Source: an uncultured Pelagibacteraceae bacterium
Lineage (GTDB): Bacteria > Pseudomonadota > Alphaproteobacteria > Pelagibacterales > Pelagibacteraceae
Length of the DNA: 64,000 nucleotides
NCBI GenBank assembly: GCA_902563075.1
Contig: CACEWC010000003.1
Location: forward strand, 1,324 to 65,323
Direction of reading: 5' to 3'
Shown: piece after piece, positions 45,040 to 54,997 of the stretch
How the letters are laid out: each line of letters starts with the position of its first letter
How positions within the stretch are numbered: position 1 is the stretch's first letter
Translations under genes and position numbers: made by a program
The notes under the pieces: model-generated
The model's input: only the letters and a program-made list of their open reading frames with translations
What the model was told of the DNA's origin: nothing
Databases searched by the model: none

Positions 45040-45999
45040 ATGCAAGAATTTGAATTAGTAAATAATTTTTTTTCTAAGTTATCTAAAAATAACGTATCTG
45101 CCCTAGGTTTAAATGATGACGTTTTTTTTGATAAGACAAAAAATACAGTAATTTCTGTTGATACTTATAATATAAATACTCATTTCGTAGATTTTAAATC
45201 TCCTGATCTTGTAGTTAAAAAGATTCTAAGATCATCAATATCAGATTTGATTTGTAAGGGTGTCAAACCAAAATTTTATTTTATTTCAGGATCTGGTAAT
45301 AAAAATCATTTTTCAAAAAAAAATTTATCAAAAATTTCCAAGTCACTTCAGAAAGAGCAAAAAAAATATGCTATTAGTTTGTGTGGAGGAGATACAACTT
45401 TTTCAAATAAATTAAGTTTTACAATTATTTCATTAGGTTATTCAAAAAGTATAGTTTACAGAAATAAATCTCGATTAAACGACGATATTTATGTAACTGG
45501 AAATTTAGGCGATAGTTTTATTGGTCTTCAAATACTTAAAGGTAAAATCAAAGTAAATAATAAAATATCTAAATATTTTATTAAAAAATATTATGAACCT
45601 GATCTTCAATTAAAATTTATAAATAGTTTATTAAAACTAGCAAATACTTCAATTGATATTTCAGATGGATTAATTGATGATTTAAAAAAAATGATTAATA
45701 GACAAAGTGTTTCCTTTCATATTTTTGAAAAAAATATACCTATATCAAACACTTTAAGTCAATTGATTAAGTTTAAAAAATTTAGAAAAATTGATATTAC
45801 ATCTAGAGGTGATGACTACCAGATACTTTTTACAGCTAATCCTTTTAAATCAAGAATCATTAAAAGAATATCAAATGATACAGGTATAAAGATTACCAAA
45901 ATTGGTAAGATTATATCTGGTAAAAATAAATCTAAGATTATTAATATAAAAAATAAGCAAATTGAGGCTAAAAACAAAGGTTATATTCACCAATTTTGA
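45040..45999 (+). CDS. thiL: Thiamine-phosphate kinase
   Basis: MQEFELV, LNDD, SISDLICKG, GGDT, YVTGNLGDS, IDISDGL, GDDYQILFT. Confidence 0.92.
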   Translation: MQEFELVNNFFSKLSKNNVSALGLNDDVFFDKTKNTVISVDTYNINTHFVDFKSPDLVVKKILRSSISDLICKGVKPKFYFISGSGNKNHFSKKNLSKISKSLQKEQKKYAISLCGGDTTFSNKLSFTIISLGYSKSIVYRNKSRLNDDIYVTGNLGDSFIGLQILKGKIKVNNKISKYFIKKYYEPDLQLKFINSLLKLANTSIDISDGLIDDLKKMINRQSVSFHIFEKNIPISNTLSQLIKFKKFRKIDITSRGDDYQILFTANPFKSRIIKRISNDTGIKITKIGKIISGKNKSKIINIKNKQIEAKNKGYIHQF

Positions 46000-46076
46000 A
46001 AGTTAATCGTTGTCTTTTTCATTCTTTTTTGTATTGTCCGGCTTAAAAATTTAACAATCAATAACTTAGGGTTTAT

Positions 46077-48182
46077 ATGAACACAACAGCAGAAACTATT
46101 TTAGTATACACAATTGTAGCTGGTTTATTATCTATCGTTTATGGATATTTAACTGGAAAGAATATTCTTAATTCAAGTGCAGGAAATTCAAAAATGCAAG
46201 ACATTGCTTCAGCCATTCAAATTGGAGCAAAAGCATATCTAGCAAGACAATATAAAACTATAGCTATTGTTGGTGTTGTTGTTTTGGTAATTGTTAGTAT
46301 AGCCTTTAGTCCGCTTGTTGGTCTTGGTTATTTAATTGGTGCTGCTCTATCTGGAATTGCTGGCTATGTTGGTATGTTAGTTTCTGTGGAAGCCAATGTT
46401 AGAACTGCTGAGGCATCAAGAAAAGGTTTAGCAGAAGGACTTTCTGTTGCATTCAAATCTGGTGCTGTAACAGGAATGTTAGTTGCAGGTTTAGCTTTAT
46501 TAGCAATAGCAGTTTATTATTTTTTATTACTAAAATTTGATGTTGATGAAAGAGAAATTGTAAATGCACTAGTTGCATTAGGTTTTGGTGCATCCTTAAT
46601 CTCAATTTTTGCAAGATTAGGTGGTGGAATTTTTACCAAAGGTGCTGATGTTGGTGCAGATCTAGTTGGTAAAGTAGAGGCAGGAATACCAGAGGATGAT
46701 CCAAGAAATCCTGCTGTTATTGCAGATAATGTTGGTGATAATGTTGGAGATTGTGCTGGTATGGCAGCAGATTTATTTGAAACTTATGCTGTTACTATTG
46801 TTGCAACAATGGTTCTTTCATCTATTTTCTTCATGGGAGATTTAAATATGATGGTTTACCCTTTGACAATTGGTGCCGCATGTTTGATTACATCAATTAT
46901 TGGAACCTTTTTTGTAAAACTTGGAAAAAATAATAACGTAATGAATGCTTTATATAAGGGTTTTATAGTGTCTGCTATAGCTTCACTATTAATCCTTTGG
47001 CCAGTCACTGATTATGTGATTGGTTTTTCAAATGAATATACAATAAATGACAAAACTTTTAATGGTAAGGATCTATATTATTGTGGAGTGATTGGTCTTA
47101 TAATTACAGGTTTATTAATATGGATCACTGAATATTATACTGGAACAGGATATAGACCTGTCAAATCAGTGGCTTTATCATCTACAACAGGACATGGTAC
47201 TAACGTAATTCAAGGATTAGCTGTATCTATGGAGGCTACCGCAATACCTGCTTTAATTATTGTTGCAGGAATTTTAATTACCAATTCAATTGCTGGACTT
47301 TTTGGAATAGCTATTGCCGTTACAACAATGTTAGCATTAGCTGGAATGGTTGTAGCATTGGATGCATATGGACCAGTAACAGATAATGCAGGTGGTATCG
47401 CTGAGATGTCAAATCTTGACAAGAAAGTTAGAAAAACTACTGATGCATTGGACGCAGTTGGAAATACCACAAAGGCTGTGACTAAAGGTTATGCCATTGG
47501 TTCTGCAGGTTTAGGTGCTCTAGTTTTGTTTGCTGCTTACACAGAAGACATAAAACACTTTTCGAAAGAGGCAGGATCTGCATTAGAAGGTATTGTGGTA
47601 ACTTTTGATTTATCAAACCCTTATGTTGTTGTTGGTTTATTAATTGGAGGTATGTTACCATACTTGTTTGGATCAATGGGTATGCAGGCTGTGGGTAGAG
47701 CAGGTGGTGCTGTGGTTGTTGAAGTAAGAAGACAATTTAAAAAATACCCAGGTATAATGAAAAGAAAACAAAAGCCTGACTATGCTAAATTAGTAGATTT
47801 ATTGACAGTCGCCGCAATAAAAGAAATGATAATACCATCTTTATTGCCTGTTCTTTCACCAGTTGTATTATATTTTATAATTCTTTCTATTGGGGGACAA
47901 GTTGCTGCTCTTGCAGCAGTTGGTGCAATGTTACTTGGTGTTATCATAACAGGACTTTTTGTTGCAGTTTCTATGACTGCAGGTGGTGGTGCATGGGATA
48001 ATGCAAAAAAATATATTGAGGATGGTAATCATGGAGGCAAAGGATCAGAAGCACATAAAGCTGCAGTAACTGGTGATACAGTTGGAGATCCATACAAGGA
48101 TACAGCTGGACCAGCTGTTAACCCGATGATTAAGATAACAAATATTGTTGCTTTATTGTTGTTAGCGGTTATTGCTAGTTAA
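46077..48182 (+). CDS. hppA: Membrane H+-translocating pyrophosphatase, K+-independent type
   Basis: [34 protein letters not shown] (Lys at the K+-dependence position), [11 protein letters not shown]. Confidence 0.96.
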   Translation: MNTTAETILVYTIVAGLLSIVYGYLTGKNILNSSAGNSKMQDIASAIQIGAKAYLARQYKTIAIVGVVVLVIVSIAFSPLVGLGYLIGAALSGIAGYVGMLVSVEANVRTAEASRKGLAEGLSVAFKSGAVTGMLVAGLALLAIAVYYFLLLKFDVDEREIVNALVALGFGASLISIFARLGGGIFTKGADVGADLVGKVEAGIPEDDPRNPAVIADNVGDNVGDCAGMAADLFETYAVTIVATMVLSSIFFMGDLNMMVYPLTIGAACLITSIIGTFFVKLGKNNNVMNALYKGFIVSAIASLLILWPVTDYVIGFSNEYTINDKTFNGKDLYYCGVIGLIITGLLIWITEYYTGTGYRPVKSVALSSTTGHGTNVIQGLAVSMEATAIPALIIVAGILITNSIAGLFGIAIAVTTMLALAGMVVALDAYGPVTDNAGGIAEMSNLDKKVRKTTDALDAVGNTTKAVTKGYAIGSAGLGALVLFAAYTEDIKHFSKEAGSALEGIVVTFDLSNPYVVVGLLIGGMLPYLFGSMGMQAVGRAGGAVVVEVRRQFKKYPGIMKRKQKPDYAKLVDLLTVAAIKEMIIPSLLPVLSPVVLYFIILSIGGQVAALAAVGAMLLGVIITGLFVAVSMTAGGGAWDNAKKYIEDGNHGGKGSEAHKAAVTGDTVGDPYKDTAGPAVNPMIKITNIVALLLLAVIAS

Positions 48183-48183
48183 A

Positions 48184-48651
48184 TTATTTTTCTAATGATC
48201 CTCTCTTTTTACCTAGAGGGTCATTGATTTTTGTTTTGAGTCCCGATAAACTTTTACTAATAAAAGATTGTTTATTAATCTCAACATTTGTTTCTTTCTC
48301 AGTAAATTTTATCTTGTTAAGATCTTTTTGTGTTAGGAATTCTTTTTTAATTAAAATACCTTTATTATTAATTTCTAAGATTAAAACATTATTAGCTATT
48401 AATTTTCTTTTACCAAGTCTAAAAAGTCTAGAGTTTGAGGTTTTTCTTTCAATATAAATTAGTACATCATTATCAAAATAACTTTTTGTTGATGGAGGGC
48501 CGAGTAAAGACCTAATCTTATTTATATTCGTTTTTTTTACAAATATTTCCTTACTTTTATTTTCTAAATTATGTGTTCCATGATGGTTTACAACTTTATT
48601 TAATTTACAACTACTTAAAAAAATTGCTAAAATAATAATTATAAATTTCAT
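48184..48651 (-). CDS. bamE: Outer-membrane assembly lipoprotein, BamE/SmpA-like
   Basis: Lipobox LSSC; LLGPPST; position upstream of the rpmF-plsX cluster as in other alphaproteobacteria. Confidence 0.75.
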   Translation of the reverse strand: MKFIIIILAIFLSSCKLNKVVNHHGTHNLENKSKEIFVKKTNINKIRSLLGPPSTKSYFDNDVLIYIERKTSNSRLFRLGKRKLIANNVLILEINNKGILIKKEFLTQKDLNKIKFTEKETNVEINKQSFISKSLSGLKTKINDPLGKKRGSLEK

Positions 48652-48654
48652 TAA

Positions 48655-49116
48655 ATGAACTATATCAATTTTTATAATAAATTAATAAAATTAACTACAA
48701 ATAAAACTCTTTATAAAAGGCTTGATAAACAAGATACTTTTAACGATCGTTTAATTATATTTCTTTTTCATTTTGCTTTTTTTTTGAAGAATTATAAAAA
48801 TCATGAAAATGAAAAAATACTTCAAGAAATATATGATTTTAACTTTAGACAATTAGAATTAAGTATTAGAGAAATTGGATATGGAGATCAGTCAATTAAT
48901 AAAAAGATGAAAGATTATATCAATATGTTTCATGCGATAGTCTCAGAAATACATTTTTGGGATGATCATGATATTTCAAAAAAAAAAGATATTATCTCTA
49001 AATTCTTAGAAAATTTTAAGAATAATGAAGAATTATTAGAATATTTTGAAAATTTTTATCTAGAATTAAAAAAAAAATCTTTAAATTCTTACTTAAAAAG
49101 TGTAATTAGACATTAA
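48655..49116 (+). CDS. Ubiquinol-cytochrome c chaperone (Cbp3) family protein
   Basis: DTFNDR...[20 protein letters not shown]. Confidence 0.78.
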   Translation: MNYINFYNKLIKLTTNKTLYKRLDKQDTFNDRLIIFLFHFAFFLKNYKNHENEKILQEIYDFNFRQLELSIREIGYGDQSINKKMKDYINMFHAIVSEIHFWDDHDISKKKDIISKFLENFKNNEELLEYFENFYLELKKKSLNSYLKSVIRH

Positions 49117-49118
49117 TT

Positions 49119-49301
49119 ATGGCCGTACCTAAACGAAAACAAACTCCATCAAGAACTGGTATGAGAAGATCTCAAAATATGAAATTTTCCTCTAAGAATG
49201 TTATTGAGGACAAAAAATCAGGTGAGTATAGGTTGTCTCATCATTTAGATCTAAAAACAGGCATGTATAAAGGTCGTCAAGTTATAGACCCCAAGGATTA
49301 A
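49119..49301 (+). CDS. rpmF: 50S ribosomal protein L32 (Cys-free form)
   Basis: [18 protein letters not shown]; GE.RLSHH; G.YKGRQV. Confidence 0.96.
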   Translation: MAVPKRKQTPSRTGMRRSQNMKFSSKNVIEDKKSGEYRLSHHLDLKTGMYKGRQVIDPKD

Positions 49302-49319
49302 ATCATTTAATATTTGAAA

Positions 49320-50321
49320 ATGTCAGATGTTGTAAAAATTGCAGTTGATGCAATGGGTGGTGACAACTCACCTAAAAAAATTATAAACGGCATTATTCAT
49401 AATCATAATAAAAATGAGAATATCTTTTATAAAATTTTTGGTGATAAAGAAAAAATTAATAAACTGATTAAAGGAAATATTAAAAATAAGTCTTATGAAA
49501 TAATTCATACACAGGATTTAGTATTAAGCACAGATAGTCCACTGGAGGCAGCAAAAAAAGGTAAAAATACAAGTATGTGGCTTGCTATAGAAAGTGTAAA
49601 AAAAAAAGAAGCTGATATAATCATTTCTGCCGGTAATACCGGAGCTTTATTAGTTATCTCAAAATTAAATTTAAAGATGATTGATACTATAGACAAACCT
49701 GCTCTTTCAGCATTATGGCCAAATAAAAATGGAATGAGTGTTGTTCTCGATCTAGGTGCGAATATTGAATGTAGTTCTAAAAATTTATTTGATTTTTCTA
49801 TTATGGGTGCATCTTTATTTACATCACTTTATCCAAATCAAAAACCAAATATAGGTTTGTTAAATATTGGGTCTGAAGAACTTAAAGGAAATGAAACTAT
49901 TAAAGAAACATTTAAAATTTTGAATGAAAAAAAATCAAGTAATTATGATTTTGCTGGTTATATCGAGGGTAATCAAATTATGGATGGTGATATAAATGTA
50001 ATTATTTCTGATGGTTTTACTGGAAATATAGCTTTAAAAACTGCAGAGGGTACAGCCAATTTTATAATTAAAGAACTAAAAAAAACTATGACAAATACAA
50101 TTTTAGGAAAAATTTCTGCTGCTTTGAATTTTGTTAATTTAAATAAGTTTAAAAAACGTCTTGATCCAAGATTATATAATGGAGCAATTTTTTTAGGTTT
50201 GGATTCACCTGTTGTTAAAAGTCATGGAGGTACAGATTTTATTGGTTTTTCGAATTCTTTAGATGTTTGTGAAAGAATTGTTAAAGGAAACTTAATAGAA
50301 AAAATAAAACGTAATATTTAG
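49320..50321 (+). CDS. plsX: Phosphate acyltransferase PlsX
   Basis: IAVDAMGGD, SAGNTGAL, LDLGAN, DGFTGNIALKT.EG, VVKSHG. Confidence 0.96.
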   Translation: MSDVVKIAVDAMGGDNSPKKIINGIIHNHNKNENIFYKIFGDKEKINKLIKGNIKNKSYEIIHTQDLVLSTDSPLEAAKKGKNTSMWLAIESVKKKEADIIISAGNTGALLVISKLNLKMIDTIDKPALSALWPNKNGMSVVLDLGANIECSSKNLFDFSIMGASLFTSLYPNQKPNIGLLNIGSEELKGNETIKETFKILNEKKSSNYDFAGYIEGNQIMDGDINVIISDGFTGNIALKTAEGTANFIIKELKKTMTNTILGKISAALNFVNLNKFKKRLDPRLYNGAIFLGLDSPVVKSHGGTDFIGFSNSLDVCERIVKGNLIEKIKRNI

Positions 50322-50624
50322 ATGAATAAGAGAATAAATTTAACTAAAAAAGATTTAGTTAATGTAATTTATATGCAATTAGGATTTTCAAAACTTGTTT
50401 CTGAAAATCTTTTAAATGATTTTTTATCAATCATAATTTCTAATATTAAAAATGAAAAGATATTAAAACTGTCTAATTTTGGAACTTTCACAATAAGACA
50501 AAAAAAATCTCGAATTGGAAGAAATCCTAAAACTAGGGAACCCAAAGTTATTTCAAGTAGAGATGTAGTTTTATTTAAACCATCAAAAGAATTTAAGGAA
50601 TTTATTAATAATAAAAATGACTGA
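50322..50624 (+). CDS. ihfA: Integration host factor subunit alpha
   Basis: LTKKDL, KLSNFGTF, RIGRNPKT, VVLFKPS; plsX-ihfA-merR context. Confidence 0.88.
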   Translation: MNKRINLTKKDLVNVIYMQLGFSKLVSENLLNDFLSIIISNIKNEKILKLSNFGTFTIRQKKSRIGRNPKTREPKVISSRDVVLFKPSKEFKEFINNKND

Positions 50625-51000
50625 TAAATCTGAGAATGCTTATAAAACTATTGGTGAAGTGGCTGAAATTTTAGAATTAAAGTCAAAAAAAAAGAAAGTT
50701 TTTTCAACCCACACTATTCGGTTTTGGGAAACGCAATTCAAACAAATTAAACCAAAATTATTAAATTCTAATAGAAGATATTATGATCAAAAGACTATAG
50801 ATATTTTAAAAAAAATAAAATTTCTTCTTAAGGATCAAGGCATGACTATAAATGGAGTGAAAAAAATCCTAGATAATTCAAATAATAACGATACTTTAAA
50901 TCTTGACGAAATTTCAAATAATTCTATAAGGACTACTAATTTTAAAAATAAAGTTTTAAAAATTTCTAAAATTATTAAAAATTTAAAAAGTTATAAGTAA
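50617..51000 (+). CDS. MerR-family HTH regulator
   Basis: YKTIGEVA, HTIRFWETQF, RRYY, LLKDQGMTINGVKK. Confidence 0.9.
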   Translation: MTDKSENAYKTIGEVAEILELKSKKKKVFSTHTIRFWETQFKQIKPKLLNSNRRYYDQKTIDILKKIKFLLKDQGMTINGVKKILDNSNNNDTLNLDEISNNSIRTTNFKNKVLKISKIIKNLKSYK

Positions 51001-51191
51001 TGGCAAAAAAAACACACGTTAAAGTTAGATTGGTACCCGAAAGTAAACCAGATAGCCCGTTTTTTTATTATGTAAAAAAACCAGCAGGTGGTGAAAAAGC
51101 AAAAGTAAAACTCTCAGCTCGTAAATATAATCCGAGCACAAGGAAACATGAAGTTTTTGTTGAAAAAAAACTTCCCCCTCACAGTAAGTAA
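51000..51191 (+). CDS. rpmG: 50S ribosomal protein L33 (Cys-free form)
   Basis: VKVRLV, FYYVKK, KL..RKYNP..RKHEVFVEKK. Confidence 0.9.
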   Translation: MAKKTHVKVRLVPESKPDSPFFYYVKKPAGGEKAKVKLSARKYNPSTRKHEVFVEKKLPPHSK

Positions 51192-51482
51192 TTACCTTTT
51201 TTTGAAATTTCTTTTTTCGTAATCAATATAAGACCATATCATATTTCTCCAAATACGATTGGTAATTTTAGGATCTATCTTATTTGCAAGAGATTTTTTT
51301 CTTATATTTTTTAAGATAATTTTAATTCTTTGATTATCAATAATTTCTTTTTTTTTATCCTTAAGTTTTAAGACTTGATTTACAAGATTAGTTCTTTGTT
51401 TTATTAGTTTAATTAACGAATTATCTAATTTATCTAGCTTTAATCTTATCTTATTAAGTTTTTTTCTTTTTAAAGGCGACAT
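51192..51482 (-). CDS. AroQ-type chorismate mutase family protein
   Basis: LNKIRLKLDKLDNSLIKLIKQR, LK....IIDNQRI. Confidence 0.78.
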   Translation of the reverse strand: MSPLKRKKLNKIRLKLDKLDNSLIKLIKQRTNLVNQVLKLKDKKKEIIDNQRIKIILKNIRKKSLANKIDPKITNRIWRNMIWSYIDYEKRNFKKR

Positions 51483-51525
51483 TTATATATTTGGATAATA
51501 GGAAAATTATTATATTTATCCCCAC

Positions 51526-52542
51526 ATGTATACAACAAATACAGAAATTAATAATCAGCTATCAATTTGGTTAATTGTTATGTTTTGGATTATATCTTTT
51601 ATGATAATAGTTGGTGGTTTAACAAGGCTTACTGATTCAGGTCTTTCAATAACAGAGTGGGAATTATTTTCTGGATTTTTTCCACCTCTTAATCAAAACG
51701 ATTGGATTGTTTATTTTAATCTTTATAAACAAATTCCTGAATTTAAATTACAAAACTATAATATGACTTTAAGTGAATTTAAGGTTATCTTTTGGTGGGA
51801 ATGGGCACATAGATTTCTTGGAAGATTAATTGGTCTTGGATATTTAATACCACTAATTTATTTTTCTTTTAAGATAAAGATCACTAAATTATTAAATCTA
51901 TATTTCATTTTTTTTCTCATATGTTTTCAGGGTTTCATCGGTTGGTATATGGTTAGTAGTGGATTAGTTGATAGAGTGGATGTAAGTCACTTTAGATTAT
52001 CCTTACATTTATTTGTGGCTTTTTTGATTTTATCTTTGATTTATTGGAATTATTTAAAAATTAACATATCAAGAAAGATAACAAATAAACTAAACGTATT
52101 CATTCCTTTGTTTTTTTTAATTTTAGTTTTTTTACAAATTTCGATTGGTGCTTTTGTTTCCGGTATGGATGCTGGCAAAATCTATAATTCATGGCCACTG
52201 ATGGGTGATACTTATTTTCCTAATGATAATAATATCAATAATCTATTTGAATTTGCAGCTCTAAGTGATCCTTCATTAGTACAATTTATTCATCGTAATT
52301 TAGCTTATTTAATTGGATTTTTTTACATTTTAATTTTCTACAAGATTTATAAGAACAAGATGTATGATTTATATAAACCTATTAATTATTTGGGAATATT
52401 TATAATTCTTCAAATTATATTAGGTATTTTCACAGTATTATATGGTGCACAGATTTACGTTGCATCTATGCACCAAATAAGTTCAATTTTCTTGGTTAGC
52501 TCAAGTATTTATTTTTTTTATTTAAATACAAAATTTAACTAA
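51526..52542 (+). CDS. ctaA: Heme A synthase (COX15/CtaA type 2)
   Basis: VGGLTRLTDSGLSITEW, FWWEWAHRFLGR, QGFIGWYMVSSG, QFIHR. Confidence 0.94.
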   Translation: MYTTNTEINNQLSIWLIVMFWIISFMIIVGGLTRLTDSGLSITEWELFSGFFPPLNQNDWIVYFNLYKQIPEFKLQNYNMTLSEFKVIFWWEWAHRFLGRLIGLGYLIPLIYFSFKIKITKLLNLYFIFFLICFQGFIGWYMVSSGLVDRVDVSHFRLSLHLFVAFLILSLIYWNYLKINISRKITNKLNVFIPLFFLILVFLQISIGAFVSGMDAGKIYNSWPLMGDTYFPNDNNINNLFEFAALSDPSLVQFIHRNLAYLIGFFYILIFYKIYKNKMYDLYKPINYLGIFIILQIILGIFTVLYGAQIYVASMHQISSIFLVSSSIYFFYLNTKFN

Positions 52543-53863
52543 CTGCTTTTAAGCTTCCTTTCGATGATTTGTTCAAAGCTTGATCTAAATCATCAATAAT
52601 ATCATCAATGTGCTCAATACCTATACAAAGTCTAACATAACTTTGAGTTACACCTGATGCAGCTAACTCTTCTTCATTTAATTGACTATGAGTAGTACTA
52701 GCAGGATGTATAGCTAAACTTCTTGCATCACCAATGTTTGCTACATGGTAGAACATTTTCAAAGACTCAATAAATTTTTTCCCAGCCTCAATACCACCTT
52801 TAAGTTCAATACCAACCATTGGTCCATTTCCACCTTTAAGATATTGTTTAGCTCTATCAGCTATTTTCTTCTCATGTTCAGTGGAATATATAACCTTAGT
52901 AACTTCTTTATGTTTTTTTAAAAAATTAACTACTTTTTCAGCATTTTCACAATGTTGCTTCATTCTTAGAGCTACGGTTTCTAGTCCCTGAATTATTGCA
53001 AAAGCATTATCTGGTGCTAAAGCTGAACCTAAATCTCTAAGCAAACAAACTCTTGCTCTGACTGCAAATGGTACATTAGCTCCGGTTAATTCTGGTACAG
53101 CTTTTCCCCAAACAACACCTCCATAACTTGCATCAGGCTCATTGAATAAAGGTTGTCTTTTAGGATCTGCGGTCCAGTCAAAGTTACCACTATCAACTAT
53201 GCTTCCAGCAACAGCAGTTCCATGTCCACCAATATATTTTGTTAATGAATGTATGACGACGGCCGCTCCATGTTCTATTGGTTTACATATTATTGGCGCA
53301 GCAGTATTATCCATTATTAATGGAATATTATATTTTCTTCCAATATCAGAAACTTCTTTGATAGGGAACACTCTCAAATATGGATTAGGTAATGTCTCAC
53401 CATAAAAAGCTCTGGTCCTATCATCTATTGCCTTCTCAAAGTTTTTAGGATCACTTGGATCAGCATATCTAATTTCAATCCCAAGTTTACTTAACGTATG
53501 TGTAAATAATGAAACTGTTCCACCGTAAAGATCCGTAGAACTAACAATATTATCACCTGATTGAGCGACATTTAGAACTGCAAAACTCGAAGCTGTTTGC
53601 CCTGATGAAACCGTTACACAAGATAATCCACCTTCCAATGCTGCAATTCTTTTCTCTAAAACATCATTAGTTGGATTCATAATCCTAGTGTAAATATTTC
53701 CAAATTCCTTTAATGCGAATAAATTTGCTGCATGTTCAGTGCTTTGAAATTGATATGACGTTGTTCTATATATTGGCACAGCAACAGCATTAGTTGCTGG
53801 GTCACTTCTGTAATCACCACCATGTATGGCAATGGTTTCAGGATTATTTCTTTTTTTACTCAT
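52535..53863 (-). CDS. metY: O-acetylhomoserine aminocarboxypropyltransferase
   Basis: FGNIYTRIMNPT, HSLTKYIGGHG, ANIGDARSLAIHPASTTH; SAM riboswitch leader. Confidence 0.95.
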   Translation of the reverse strand: MSKKRNNPETIAIHGGDYRSDPATNAVAVPIYRTTSYQFQSTEHAANLFALKEFGNIYTRIMNPTNDVLEKRIAALEGGLSCVTVSSGQTASSFAVLNVAQSGDNIVSSTDLYGGTVSLFTHTLSKLGIEIRYADPSDPKNFEKAIDDRTRAFYGETLPNPYLRVFPIKEVSDIGRKYNIPLIMDNTAAPIICKPIEHGAAVVIHSLTKYIGGHGTAVAGSIVDSGNFDWTADPKRQPLFNEPDASYGGVVWGKAVPELTGANVPFAVRARVCLLRDLGSALAPDNAFAIIQGLETVALRMKQHCENAEKVVNFLKKHKEVTKVIYSTEHEKKIADRAKQYLKGGNGPMVGIELKGGIEAGKKFIESLKMFYHVANIGDARSLAIHPASTTHSQLNEEELAASGVTQSYVRLCIGIEHIDDIIDDLDQALNKSSKGSLKAVS

Positions 53864-53867
53864 TTTA

Positions 53868-53923
53868 CTCCTTTTTTAGTGCTTTAGCTTTATGCTAGGC
53901 GCACAATATAGTTCAAATGCCTA
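53868..53923 (-). promoter_or_regulatory. SAM-V riboswitch abutting the metY Shine-Dalgarno sequence
   Basis: Minus strand UAGGCAUUUGAACUAUAUUGUGCGCCUAG...AAAGCACUAAAAAAGGAG resembles the SAM-V consensus; ends at the GGAG upstream of the metY ATG. Confidence 0.88.
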
Positions 53924-53941
53924 CCGATTTTGTATGATGGT

Positions 53942-53983
53942 TTCCTCTTTAGCTGTAAGCCCGCAATAGGAACAAATCGGCAT
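53942..53983 (-). promoter_or_regulatory. SAM-II-type riboswitch aptamer, upstream member of a tandem
   Basis: Minus strand GCCGAUUUGUUCCUAUUGCGGGC-UUACA-GCUAAAGAGGAA: GAUUU, AUUGC and GCUAAA-AGG landmarks of the SAM-II pseudoknot. Confidence 0.8.
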
Positions 53984-54066
53984 TTTTAATATAACAAAAA
54001 AAAGGCTTAAAACAATAAAAATATCAATTTGACTTTGATCTTATTAATAGTATTAATCCACGCACA

Positions 54067-54525
54067 ATGACAAAATTCCTTAAAAAAGATCAATTATCAT
54101 CAAATTGGTATGAAATAGACGCTAAAAATGCTGTAGTAGGCAGACTAGCAACTGTCATATCAAAAATTATTAGAGGTAAAAACAAAACAACTTTCACACC
54201 ACATATGGACGATGGAGATTTTGTAGTTGTTAAAAATATAGAACAAATCAAATTCACTGGAAATAAATTTCAAAATAAAAAATACTTTAGACATACAGGT
54301 CATCCTGGTGGAATAAAAGAAACTACACCTGAAAATCTTGCTAAAAAAAAACCTGGTGAAGCTCTAAAACTTGCAGTAAAAAGAATGCTTCCAGGGGGAG
54401 TGTTGGGAAAAAAACAACTTACTAAATTGAAAATATATGTTGGAAATGATCATCCTCATACAGCCCAAAATCCTCAAGTAATACAATTGGATAAATTAAA
54501 CTCTAAAAACATAGCACGAAATTAA
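54067..54525 (+). CDS. rplM: 50S ribosomal protein L13
   Basis: WYEIDA..VVGRLA, FTPHMDDGDFVVV, HTGHPGG, AVKRMLP. Confidence 0.98.
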   Translation: MTKFLKKDQLSSNWYEIDAKNAVVGRLATVISKIIRGKNKTTFTPHMDDGDFVVVKNIEQIKFTGNKFQNKKYFRHTGHPGGIKETTPENLAKKKPGEALKLAVKRMLPGGVLGKKQLTKLKIYVGNDHPHTAQNPQVIQLDKLNSKNIARN

Positions 54526-54526
54526 A

Positions 54527-54964
54527 ATGGAAAATACTCAAACGTCAGCTAAAGCCCCTAAAATAAAGTTGGACTTCAAAGATAGCAAGTACGCTACTGG
54601 AAGAAGAAAAACTTCAATAGCTAAAGTTTGGTTAAAAAAAGGCTCAGGTAAAATTTATGTCAATGGTAAACTTTTTAGCGAATATTTTTCAAGTGATAAT
54701 CATAAAATGCAAATAGTTAGACCTTTTGAACTTATAAATCAAGCAACAGAATATGATGTAAAGTGCAGTGTAAAAGGTGGAGGACCAACAGGACAAGCAG
54801 GTGCAATGGTTCACGGTATTTCTAAAGCTTTAGTTTTATTTGACGAAAAACTGAAATCTACACTTAAAACTGAAAAATTGACCACCCGAGACTCCAGATC
54901 AGTTGAAAGAAAAAAACCTGGACGTAAAAAAGCTAGAAGAAGCTTTCAATTTTCTAAAAGATAA
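54527..54964 (+). CDS. rpsI: 30S ribosomal protein S9
   Basis: ATGRRKTS.AKV, GGGPTGQAGA, ERKKPGRKKARRSFQFSKR. Confidence 0.98.
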   Translation: MENTQTSAKAPKIKLDFKDSKYATGRRKTSIAKVWLKKGSGKIYVNGKLFSEYFSSDNHKMQIVRPFELINQATEYDVKCSVKGGGPTGQAGAMVHGISKALVLFDEKLKSTLKTEKLTTRDSRSVERKKPGRKKARRSFQFSKR

Positions 54965-54997
54965 TTCTTTTTTAACTTTTAACTGTTATAATATAAA

